Shown here one piece after another: positions 13,311 to 24,969 of a stretch of 64,000 nucleotides of DNA. The stretch's first letter is position 1. Every line of letters begins with the position of its first letter. The notes under the pieces are model-generated. The model made no database searches and was not told the origin of the DNA. It saw only the letters and a program-made list of their open reading frames with translations. Source of the stretch: Camelus ferus (taxonomy: Eukaryota); NCBI RefSeq assembly GCF_009834535.1, contig NC_045697.1:94552001-94616000 (forward strand), read 5' to 3'. Made by a program: the position numbers and the translations under genes.

Positions 13311-14854
13311 TACTGTGTTTTCTATTGTATGCTATGATTTTCAAGTTTTATATAAAAAATTTCTCTCCCTCTCTCTGTGTCTATAGCTGGAGGTATATGT
13401 TTACATAATTAATAAATAGTTTGTTATACCACAATATAGAAATACACAGGAGTAAGCAAATCTCATTTAGGTCACATTCTAGGAAAGGCTTTGCAAAACA
13501 AAGAAAAGATACAATATATACCAAAACATGAGTTTCTAAATTTCTTAAAATACACTGTGGGCTCTACATTTATGGCAGGTAAACCAAGCATTTAGAACAT
13601 TCAGCCTCAATCTCACATCACATATACTTGTTACAGTGTGTGTAAGAAACAGCAATCGTGAGTGTAACACACTCATTTTTACGTGCATTCTTTGTGCACA
13701 AATGCAAGTCTGGCTCATGTTTATACCTCACCGATTTTTGAAAGAAGATTAATGACATGAATATTTGAAAAGAAAAATGTCTATGTGACCAACATCAGTG
13801 CCACTCTTGAATATCAGTGTCATGGTGCTTTGCAATGGCTGCCTTTTTGCCACACATCCTTATTTTATGGAGGTGACAGGCTGTCACATGTAAGGTTTAT
13901 TTCTATTACTTCTTTGGCTGCTTTAATTCACGGTCTATTTTCAGTGTCTTTCCCCTTCCTTTTCATATGTTAATTGTGATTTGAACCAATTAACATATCT
14001 AACAAATCCTAGAATTAATTCTTCAATTCAGAGGGAGGTACATAATTTTGCTGAAATATATTAGGCTTTTAAAAAATAACTCAGTTTCCATTATTTACCT
14101 ACATTTTGGAAACTGGTTATGCCTACAGTAACTCACTTTGTTGCTAATTCTGGCTTCATTCAATGGCTAATTTTAAGAACTGGACTTTAACGACTACAAT
14201 TGCAAAACATTCTTGTTAAGCTCTCAAAGCAATCTCTGTTATTTCCTGAAAAGTCAGATTTTTGTATAAATACCATTGTGAGCTCAAATGGGATCCTCTT
14301 CCATTAGGTCATATGAGTGGGGACAGAGCTGTGAGGAAATGTGGGAAAGGATTTGGGGCAGGAACATATGGTTACATTTTTTAAATGGTGGAGTCTGGGA
14401 TGTCAGGGCTAGCAGAAATAAGTAATTATATCTGCTTCACATAATACAAATGCTATTTTATTAAAGTGTGATACACAGCTTCACACATGCCAAAAATTCA
14501 TTCAGCTTCATAGAAAGCCTTTTTTATTCTTTTGGAATTATCAGGGATTTTATATTTACCTTTCAGAGATATTTTCTGTTTTTGAAATTGAAATATAGCT
14601 TAAAGACAAAGTAAGTTCAAAATCTGAAGATTATGGAATTGAATTTCCCCGACAGCAGACAGTTTTTAAATTGTCATTTGTTTACTTATTATGTATCCTA
14701 CACTACAGTGATTTTATTCAGATGTGAATAAAAGATAATGTTTGTTTATTGAAAATTTAATTATCTCTCAAACAATTTAAAGATCCACAAACATAAAATC
14801 TAAAGTACACGAAAGCATAACAGACAACGCTCTGATCACTATCCAGGTCTTCAT

Positions 14855-15395
14855 TACATCAGGTAAAATGTGATCCAAGGCAAACAACAGAAAATCCAAT
14901 TCACACTGACAAATGACAAAAGAGATTTAGGTACTTGCTTTATGTTCATACAAAGAACAGGGTCCACAGGGATAATATTCTGCAACTCACATATCACTAA
15001 TGAGCCAGGTTAATTTAGATCAAGTGACCACTCAATATCACTGAAATGATCTCATCTCTGAACTCTTCTAGGCGCCACCTTCATCTACAGGCTGGCTTAT
15101 GTGGTAGTAGTAAAACTGATACTGCAACATAAGAGCTCATATTCCTTTTCCATACTGTCCAGAAGAGAAAACTTTATTTTTTCTATCTGTTACCCAACAT
15201 CCTGGGCTTGATTCCATTTAGAGAAATTTAGGATCAGATTTTAAAATAACAGCTTGGCAAGAAGATGTGTCCATCATGACCTCTTTGGAGTTGGGGGATG
15301 GAATCAAACTCATACTATAAGGCTGTACAACAAAGATGTAGTAGCTGACAAAGGGACAGGCAACGATGTCCACTGTCTTCCAAAGATTTAGAGAC
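14855..15395 (-). mobile_element. old MLT1 (J/K-like) LTR
   Basis: GCAAACAACAGAAAATCCAATTCACACTG start; TCAGATTTTAAAATAACAGC; ends GATGTCCACT. Confidence 0.55.
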
Positions 15396-15799
15396 ATCAT
15401 ATTTAAAGATGGGTCATTATAGAAGTCTGAAATAATGTCAATCAGAACCTCTTTCTAAATATTTTGCTGTTGATTATTTTCAAACTACAAAAGCAATAAA
15501 TGGCCACTGCAACAAAATAAACCACACAAATGCAGACAACTAATCTGCATACTTCCTCCAATGCAAACCTTTATCCTATCAAGATAAACAGTATTTCAAA
15601 AATAAATTTCCACATTGATCAGCGTGTGACTAAAAATTATAGCCACTTGAGTACATAATATACAACTATTTTTGTGAAAAAAGTACTCTCTCTTGATCCT
15701 TTTTGTAAATTTAGTCTATGATCTATGGCTTTGTTATTGAGAAGTAAAGTCTGTGTAAAGAGATGTGGAAAATGTAAGAGTCCAGAGTAATGAATTACT

Positions 15800-16350
15800 T
15801 AAAAATATCCTTTCTCCAAGAAGAAAAACACCTTCCCATATCATTATCACTTAAGATAAGAAATAGAACATTTTGATAACCTCAGAAGCATTTCACTTGC
15901 TCCTACCAAACATAATTCCATCACTTTCCCTAAAGGAAACCACTATCTAGGCTTAAAGTAATCACACCTTTCTTTACGAGATGACGTCTGAATATGCACT
16001 ACATCAGAGTCTTATTTTGCCTACTTCCAAACTTTTTATAAGTAAAATTATACTTTAAGTATGCTTTTGTCTCTCTATTCTTTAACTTATATATTTTTGA
16101 GATTCATATACTGAAGATATATATCACTATAGTTTCTTTTCTGAGCTGCATAGCATTCTATTGAAAAAATATACTATATATCATTTATCCATTCAATTAT
16201 TGGTAGATGTTTGGTTTATTTTAAGTTTGGGCCTATCAGGAATAATGCTGTTTTTCATATATTTGGATGTTTCAGTGAAACTTTGCTAAAATATTTGCTA
16301 GACATCTATCTGGAATAAATGGGAGGGGGCCTTCAAATTTTACTGTGAAC
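15800..16350 (-). mobile_element. old L1ME/MC 3' end
   Basis: GAAATAGAACATTTTGATAACCTCAGAAGC, TTTGAGATTCAT, TTTATCCATTC...TTGGTAGATGTTTGG...AATAATGCTG. Confidence 0.75.
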
Positions 16351-16774
16351 TAATTGCTTATATAAATAATCTTTTAGTAGGGCATACTTGTCTATAGGGA
16401 TTGTTTATTATACATAAACTTGCAGCTTATGGTCTTATGAGACATAGGTGTGCTGGGGAATAAAAGCTAATTGTGAATTTCCCTAACTATGATGAGTAAT
16501 ACATGAAAAAGTAGAAGTCCAGCACTGAGTGACTTCCCGTGACAATTTGTACCATGCACAATTGGTGTTCAACTCTGTGAACCCAAAACTCATCCTGTGG
16601 AGAAAAGTGATTTTAGGAAGTTGTACATGACAAATTCAGGGCCCCGTGATTATCGATGTGGCACTTGCAGTTCCCTATTATTAGTGTACTTTGCTAGTTA
16701 CTAGTAAAGTGCGGAGTTGAGTAAGGCTTGTGTATCATGTGAGTCTGGAAATTCAGCCCTTCATAATAGTGCCA

Positions 16775-16990
16775 AAATAAAAACAGTAACTAATATTTAT
16801 AATGGTTTCATATGAAGTAGCTTTTTTAATAATCATAACAACAATAGAGTTTAGGACTACTACAATCTCTGTTTTATAAATAAGGAAATGGAGAGCTTAT
16901 GTAATGTAACCAATGCCTCAGAGCAATTGTGGAGCTGGGAAATAAACCAAGACATCTGGTTTCAGAGTGTGTGCTCCTAGCTGTATATAA
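16775..16990 (-). mobile_element. MIR
   Basis: TTTTATAAATAAGGAAATGGAG...GGAGCTGGGAAATAAACCAAGACATCTGGTTTCAGAG. Confidence 0.75.
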
Positions 16991-17837
16991 TATTACTATT
17001 GGAATGCCTTACATTTTATGTTGTCCAGTGTAAGTGAGAATAACTGGTGAAAATATAATTTGTGGAGGAATGTGCAACACTCACCCTAGTTTTCTTTTTT
17101 CAGCTGGCATGGGCTCTTAAGATGGAGAATGTAAAGTGGGAAGAGTTGTCATAATTAGAATTATGACAGGTTACATTTATTTTGATTCCTAGGATAAAGT
17201 GAATGTAAGTATATCATCACATAATTTCTATTTATGCTATATCTGGAATTAAAATGAATTTTTATATTCTCTAGTGGTTCACAAAATAGGCCAATATGCA
17301 AATGAATGTTTTTCATTGTTACTCTGATTTTTCACTTAAAGTGAAATACTATACATGGAAGCTCTGGGTAGATGAACAAATAAGAATACAGAAAAATAAT
17401 AATTATTTAGGATTAAGCATTTTTTTTTAATTCTTCTATCTTTCTCCTTATATTTTATTCATGCTGGTAGCTACAAATTTCAATGATACAATTACTTTGT
17501 GCTCCTTTAGACATAATTGATCACTTGTCTCATTCTCAATATCATGATGACTTTTCTGCTCTAGACCCATCTTGGTGATGGCTTTGCCACAATATTTATT
17601 TTCACTTGAGTTTAGTCTCTTTCTTTATTTCTTTGTCCATAATTTTGTTCTCTTACGAGCTAGCTGTTTGGCAAATTGTCTTATATAAAAATGTTTCCTT
17701 TATCCAGTTAAGATTTCTAATTCCCAAAGCACAGATTTGGAAGAAATTGTTAAAAGTCTGCTCATGTAAAAATTCACCCAATACTTTATCCAGGTTTCAA
17801 TCAGTCAAAAATCATAATTTTATACAGAGATTGATTC

Positions 17838-18200
17838 TTATATCAGTTAGAGACCTGGCAGCAAAAAATTCCCACTTAAGCAACTGAAACAAATTTAATG
17901 AGCAAAATGTTTTAAACTTATGAACAAGGTTTAAGACTACCAATAAGATATCCTTAGGTTAAGAAAAATGGGTAATTTTACCTTCTTTAGCTCTGAAAAG
18001 ATAAGGTAGGGAATCATTCTTCCCATCTCCTAATATCTTGCTGGAGTTTCTTATTTTCCAAAACCCAAACGTAAACCAAAGGGTTCAGGAGTTCCTCAAT
18101 GCAGTCAGAACAGAACTGTTTTCTGGGGCACAGACCATGATGGAGATGGGTGGATGGTGAAGTTGGAGGGGACTGCAGAAGATATCCAACAGAGAGACTG
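17838..18200. mobile_element. possible ancient LTR fragment (family unassigned)
   Basis: TATCAGTTAGAGACCTGGCAG...-type LTR-like edge and composition; no family match recalled. Confidence 0.25.
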
Positions 18201-18924
18201 AACTGCTTCCATACATTTCTCAAGTTGAAAAAGTGTACGGATGCAGAAAGTGACAGTCCTTTCCCGTGTGAATCTTCTTGTGAAGAAGGAGCTCCAGTTA
18301 AAGTCCGAGCCAGTCCAGAAATCATGCTGTGTTGAATATCTGTTTACTGTATAGAATATTTATACTCTAAAAAACAGTATTGTTACCAAGAGATGAACAA
18401 TTTCCAAACATTACAAAGCTAGGGCATACAAAGCTGTGCTACAGTGTGACCTATGCCTAATAGTTACTGAGCATTTTCGTAACATGGCAGGAGACTTTGC
18501 ATCACTACACCAATGTAAATCTGCAGTGCTAAGACTGGAAGAAGGTGAGTAACTGTTGCTCTATGGGAAAGTGTTTCCGTACATATCACTTTTTATGAAT
18601 GGGAAAAGAATCTTCAGGACTCCCATCTGTGGATATCAATATCTGTCCCTGGATATTATCTGTATCTGACATCCTTATGAGAAATTGATGCTACTCAAGG
18701 ATTATGTTTTAGTTGTGTTTTTAGTACTCATTATATGCATATTACATTTCAATACTGTGACTGTAAGCATCAGAGTGATAAGTATTTATCTTACGATTCC
18801 TCAGAAATCAGTTCCCTTACTGAACTTTAATATCAATATGGTTTTGTGAGTTTTTTCTCATTTTGAAATTATTTAATCTCTTTCCCCCAAAATCTACATT
18901 ATCATTATCATCATAGATGTTAAT

Positions 18925-19265
18925 AATTAATTGATAATAAGCACTTACTATGTGCTAAGCACTAATATTAACTGCTATATATATATTTGATATTTACAAT
19001 AGTTCTACAGCTCCGTCCAATATGGTATGGTAGCCACTAACCACATGTGGCTATTTAAATTTAAATTTAGATTAATCAAAATTAAGATTTCAGTCTGACT
19101 AGCAACATTTCAAGTGCTCAATATTAGTGGACAGAACAGATTTAGAACAATTCCTCATCACAGAAAATTCTATTTGACTGTTTAATGAGATAGAAATTAT
19201 AAGTAACCTAAGCCTTCAACCACAGATATCTGATTCCCGAACTATAAATTTCATATTATACTGTA
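18925..19265 (-). mobile_element. MIR interrupted by MER3
   Basis: AGCACTTACTATGTGCTAAGCACT before the MER3 and TTCAACCACAGATATCTGATTCC after it. Confidence 0.65.
19008..19181 (-). mobile_element. MER3 (hAT-Charlie non-autonomous)
   Basis: GTCCAATATGGT...GTAGCCACTAACCACATGTGGCTATTTAAATTTAAAT...CATTTCAAGTGCTCAA...CATCACAGAAAATTCTATT. Confidence 0.85.
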
Positions 19266-20371
19266 CATTTCATGACAATAGAAACCATCTGTATTATGTT
19301 TGCAGTTTTTAGCAGAATGCTTATGCATAGTAAACCATTCATGAATTAGTGGTAGAAGAAATGACTGAGTGAATAAAATATCCATATAGATTATTTAAAG
19401 CTAGAATTTCTATGAAAGGCAATTACTCAATATCTGATTTAGTGTATGACCTTGTGTAGATGGTCATGTTCTCCATTCCTTCAATACAGAGATTATAATT
19501 TCATACATTTTTGTGTTTCTCTCATAACTTGAGATTTCTTAAAGTATCCAATAGCCCCAAATTAATTTCTCCATTGAATATACTATTTTTTTCATACATT
19601 TTGCATATGGGTTAATTTTGTAAGATAAATCCATCAAAATAGCAATCAATTTAGACTGAATAGTACTTGCCTTCTGAGCATGCCAAAAATAAAAATGAAC
19701 TAGATGTTTCATTACGATTCCCATTGGATTTTACTCATGTATTTCCAATACTCATTTATTGTTATGACATTGTTTTATCAATTTACAAGTATGTAGACTT
19801 CTTACTATTCTCCCCTGACTACTCATTGTATCATCCACATTTTATTTATGCAGACTTTTCTTTCTACTGTGTTTCTGTAGTGCACTGAAAATAGCATAAA
19901 TCTTTTATTTATATTCAATTCCTCCAGAGACTCCGCAATTTCATAGGTACTTTTATTCATTGAATGGTGTTCAGACAACAGTTGTGGATACTGGGAACTT
20001 CTCCTCCTTCAGTGCTTGTAGAGCATTCGTTTTGATAACTAATGTGCATCTGGGATAGTTTTTTCCAGTTTGTATGTATTCTTCACCTTGATAGGCAGCT
20101 TTCAACAGCTGTCAGAGAGCAGCTTCCTATACACACAGGAATGCTCATGTGGACTTGTAAAGATTAACTATGAACAAGAAAACATTATTTATGAGTTATT
20201 TTAAGTTGCAGAAACACACTCCCTCTTTAGGAGCAAAATTTCAGTAGAATTCCATATATTTCTAGTTTGTGGTCACTGAAAATTTTGACCAACACTAGGA
20301 ACAAAAACCTGCTAATCTCTGCATGAAAATAATATTAATGAGAATAAACTCAGTTTATATATCTGGATTTG

Positions 20372-20859
20372 TGTGGTGTAAGGCCTGAAACTAAGGCCCA
20401 TATTATGTGCTGCCTTCACAGTAAAACTGGGATGCCTCAAATGCCAGAAGTCCTCCCTACTCTGCTCCCCATGGGTAGGGTTCCCCAGCCACACAACCTC
20501 CCTATCCAAGGGGCCAGAAGCAATTCCTGCTTATATGAGTAGTAGGTTTCAGTTCTCTGCTGGTCTATGGAATTACTCAACCAAATCACATGCTTCCATG
20601 GGAAACAGGGGCACCCAGCCTCTTGGCACTACAAAGCCTGCTACCTCTCACAGCCCGTGGTTTACTCTGTTCTAAGTACAACTCCATGTGGCCTTGCTAG
20701 CCTATGGTGTCCTCTTCCTCTGACCTGTGAGTGTATGTGACTAATAATCTGCTGCCAGTCTCGCCTGTCCAGTGTTGTGTGTCGTGTCTGGCCTAACTCA
20801 TAACCCTAGCATGGAAATCCTTCCCTTCACAACGGGATGAATGGAAGGTAATTAAGACA
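20372..20859 (+). mobile_element. ERVL-class solo LTR (MER54/MER74-like)
   Basis: TG...CA ends; perfect 5-bp TSD ATTTG at 20367-20371 and 20860-20864; GGCCTGAAACTAAGGCCCATATTATGTGCTGCCTT start motif. Confidence 0.85.
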
Positions 20860-20883
20860 ATTTGATGTTTTGTTGAGTGTCAC

Positions 20884-20992
20884 ATATATATGTATAACTG
20901 AATCACTATGCTGTACACCAGAAACACACACCACATTGTAAATCAACTATACTTCAATTAAAAATAAAATAAAGAAAAAAGAAAAAAAGAAA
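20884..20992 (+). mobile_element. 5'-truncated cetartiodactyl-type L1 3' end with A-rich tail
   Basis: ATAACTGAATCACTATGCTGTACACCAGAAAC...ATTGTAAATCAACTATACTTCAAT followed by an A-rich tail. Confidence 0.85.
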
Positions 20993-21589
20993 TAGTATTT
21001 GCACGTCAGAAACAGAACTATTAACTACACCAAATGACATGTGCATGTATATTGCAATCCCTTTTATAGCTAATTCATTTAATACTAGATTTACCACTAG
21101 GCCACTGAAATTATAAACAGCAAAAAGACAACTGCTATAAGTTGAAGGAGCACAGAGTCTAATGGAAGACAAAAGGATATCAACAAGGAAATCAACAAGA
21201 TGCAATCACTCTTTAAATCTGTTTTTCTCAGTGTGCTGTGAGAAGGTGGAAAAGACGTAGCAGTGCCTGGCATGTAATGTGTATTCAGTATGGTTTTTAA
21301 AAATAAATGAATTAAAAACCGGCATGCTAGCTTAATCAGGAGTTATAAGGAAAGGCTTCTTTAAGGAGCTCCTGGAAACCAAGAGAGAATTCAGAAACAG
21401 AAGGCAGAATAGCAACCCTAAGCTGACAACCTGACAGCTCAAGAGACAGGACTTAGAAATGGAGACTGGGGTTCTAACACATTCATGTTTACAAGATATG
21501 TGACCTTGATCTTCTACTCAGTGAAGAGCTAGATTAAGCTTGTCAATAAACCTGAAAAGTAACATGATTTAATTGATAATCAGGTTAGT

Positions 21590-21710
21590 ATAAAATAATA
21601 CACTATTGAGACACTACCCTACATCCACCATATTCATATAATTCAAAATGTCTGAGAATGCTAACTATTGTTAGGGATATGAGGAAAGGGGAATTCTCAT
21701 ATGTTACTGG
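21590..21710 (+). mobile_element. old L1 ORF2 3' fragment
   Basis: TGAGACACTACC...TGTTAGGGATATGAGGAAAGGGGAATTCTCAT. Confidence 0.55.
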
Positions 21711-23711
21711 TTTCTCTAATCCATGGAGTTCGAGAAGAGAATATATGAAGCAAAATATCTTGAGAAAGAAGAGGTTTTGTGGAGTACAGAGGGGGAAAGT
21801 ATCATGTTTGCTCTTTTTATTTCTCTCTTATTTGCTCCTTTATTTTTATGGTGAATAGTATCATTTAGAAATTCATGGGTCCAGTGAAATATGTTTAGAT
21901 GATATTATCTAGGGTTAGCTAAGTTAAGATTCATTAATTAATAAATGGTCTAAATTTTTTCCCCCAAAATATTGAAGCTACTGCTAATAACATAAGGTCA
22001 AAGTACAGCATAAAAATGATTGGAAACAACAATTGTCTAATCTAATCAGCTCTGACATGGCATTAGCCAACAAGTAATTTATCAAGATTATTTTTGATAT
22101 GAATATATCCCTGTGATCTTTATTGCTGGGCTAAAACTTAACTGTGTATTTAGACTTGCCAATTGGAAAGTATGACATCATCAAAGACAGAAAGATTTTT
22201 GTTAGTATTTTTCTTCTCTATTTTCTAATTTTTAACTTCTATTTGTGAATATTTTATAATGCATATATTATGCTAGTATGAGAGGGAAAAAAATTCTTGA
22301 CTGTATTGGCTACAGACTCACTGAAATACTGAATTTTGTTATCTAAATTCAATGGAGAATCACCTAGAGAAAAACAAAGCTCAGTGGACAAATGGGGAGA
22401 AACACTGGAGTGACGATGGTGTGGAGCCGTCTTTGATCTAGTTCACCAGGTCTGACTCTTGGTGTAAAAGAGGGGGAGCAAGAGCAGAAAATGGATTCAG
22501 AATTTAGAACTTCTATCAGGTCTTGCCTCTGATATTATTTTAAAAGTGATTTACTTCTTTTTGAATTTCTGCTGTAACCATCTTATATTCAGCCTACAGG
22601 GAGGTAAATGCGATAAATACTGGCACACTGTTCTCATTATGCATGACCACTAGAGACACAACCTATAAGTTAATATGATTTGTTTTCCTGAAACATGGAA
22701 CCAGGGTTAAGAATTATCTAGAGATTAGGATTCAGGTACCATGAACTCAGCTGGGAAAAAACAAACAAACAAACAAACAAACAAAAAATCCCCCCCCAAA
22801 AACATGACAGAAGCTTAGAAATACTGAGACAGAGAAGGGAGAAAAGGAAGGAATGAAACAGAGACAGCAAGTAAAAAGGGAGACTGAGAAAGAGAAAAAA
22901 GAAAATTGTTGTCAGTTTTTCATGCCAGGCAGGGAGCATAATGCTGAATAAAGGTACACAGAAATATCAGTTGAAATGACTGAGTATACAGCCAACTCAG
23001 ACTATATGTCTATATTCTTCATAGGTTTTGCCTTTTTACATGACCCACACTATTGGCTTTCCCCAGTGCTGAGACAGTGTGATGCCAATGCAAATCTTAA
23101 GCACTCCTAAGAGTAAAACTGTCTTTCTTCCCTTAGTATACATTAACATTATTAGATTTTCAGAAAAAAATAAGACTGTTATAGGAAACAGACAGAAAAT
23201 AAACAGACAACACCAAATGATGGGGGAAGGGAGATAAAAAATAGAATTCTAGTCTTTATTACAATCAACATTTAATCAAATGCTGCTCACCTAGTCAGTT
23301 TATGAAACACCAAGTCCCTAATAAAATAACCTTTCTTTTTTAACCCCATCTGGTTTCAATGTTAAAAAAAGAACAGAATAAAACAAAACAAAATGTTGAA
23401 TAGAAAATATAAATTTTCTATTAATGAAAAGATCTAATTCTGGTACATTTTATGTTCTAAAGGGGTCCTAATCTGTATAACTACTTGTTTGGTTCTTCAA
23501 GCTGTAGCTGCCCAAGTTGTCTCCCTGAGTTTCTAGAAAAGTTACACACTTTATGTGACTGAGTATTTCTTTCAACATCTTCATCAGGCCCCTCGTGGGA
23601 CTATGCAAATTATCTCCTCAGTCTTAAAGAATATTCTATGGTGGTGGGGAAGCCTGGTTCTTTCCTTCAGTAATAATAATAATAAAAAATAATGCCCTCA
23701 CCATGCTTTCT

Positions 23712-24610
23712 TTTTTAATTGAGTTTTTTATTTTGAGATAGTTGTAGATTGACATTGTTGTAAGAAATCACACTGAGAAGTCCTGTGTACCCTTTATCGG
23801 GTTTCCTTCCATTGTAAGTCTTGGAAAATTTACAGTACATCACAACCAAGCTAACGATATTGATACAGTCAAGGTGGATAAGTCCAGCAGCACAGGAATC
23901 CTTCCTGGTGTCCTGTTATAGACACAGCCACTTCCTCTCCTGCCCCTACTACCTCCTCAGCCCCTGGCTACTGCTACCCTGTTCCCCATTTCCGTAAGTT
24001 TGTCATTTCAAGAATAATATATAAATCAAGCAATGCAGTATGTTATCTCTTGGGATTGACTTTTTTCTCTCAGCGTGTGTATCAGAAGTTTACTTCTTTC
24101 TATTGCTGAGTAGTAACCAATGATGTGGATGTTGCCATTTTTTTGTTTGTTTTGTCTTTTTTATTAACTATTCACCCCTTAACACGTTGATTGCCAAATC
24201 ACCCAAGCCTGGCTGACAGCTGTGTTTCCCAGGGGCACCCAATCCACAGTGGGTGATCACCGTGTTTTAAAGGACAACATTTCAGATTTTGGCTATTACA
24301 AATAAAGCTGTTATAAACATCTTTGCACAGCTCTTTTGAGTGAACACAGATGTTCATTTTTTGTGTGTCTAAATGCCCATTAGTAAGTTTTCTGGATCAT
24401 GTGGTAGTTGTATAGTAAATTTTTTAAGGGAATAAACTGTTACAAAGTGTCTGTAACATTTTATACTCCAAGTAGCAAAGAATAAATGACTCAGTTTCTC
24501 TGTTTCCTTATAGCTTTTGATACTATTTTTTATTATAAACATATTTTTTTCAAAATTATTTTATCCATTTTAGTTCTTTATCTTTCCATATAAATTTTAA
24601 AATAAGCTAG
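23712..24610 (-). mobile_element. L1MC-like 3' end
   Basis: TTTTGAGATAGTTGTAGATT...GTTGTAAGAAAT...GTGTACCCTTTA...ATTGATACAGTCAAG matches the L1MC1/2 3' end; contains the insertion at 24183-24266. Confidence 0.8.
24183..24266. mobile_element. piggyBac-like MITE (~84 bp)
   Basis: TTAA at 24179-24182 and 24267-24270; imperfect TIRs CACGTTGATTGCC and revcomp CACGGTGATCACC; interrupts otherwise colinear L1MC sequence. Confidence 0.6.
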
Positions 24611-24611
24611 T

Positions 24612-24968
24612 GTAATATGGGAGCTCTATTTTTAGTTTTTAAGGAATCTCCATACTGTTTTCCATAGTGGTTGCAATTTACATTTGCAACAACAGTGTAC
24701 AAGGGTTCCCTTTTCTCCACATCTTCTCCAGTATTTATTATTTACAGACTTTTTGATAATACCCATTTTGACTGGGTTGAGATGATTCCTCATTGAAGTT
24801 TTGATTTGTCTTTTTCTAATAATTAGTGATGTTTAGCATCTTTTCATGTGCCTGTCAGCCATTTGTATGTCCTCTTTGGAGAAATGTCTATTTAGGTCTT
24901 CTGCCCATTTTTTGATGGGGTGGTTTGTTTTTATTGATATGGAGTTGTATGAACTGTTTGTATATTTT
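24612..24968 (-). mobile_element. younger L1 (L1MA-like) ORF2 3' fragment
   Basis: GGAATCTCCATACTGTTTTCCATAGTGG...AGGGTTCCCTTTTCTCCACATC...GGAGAAATGTCTATTTAGGTCTTCTGCCCATTTT. Confidence 0.9.
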
Positions 24969-24969
24969 C

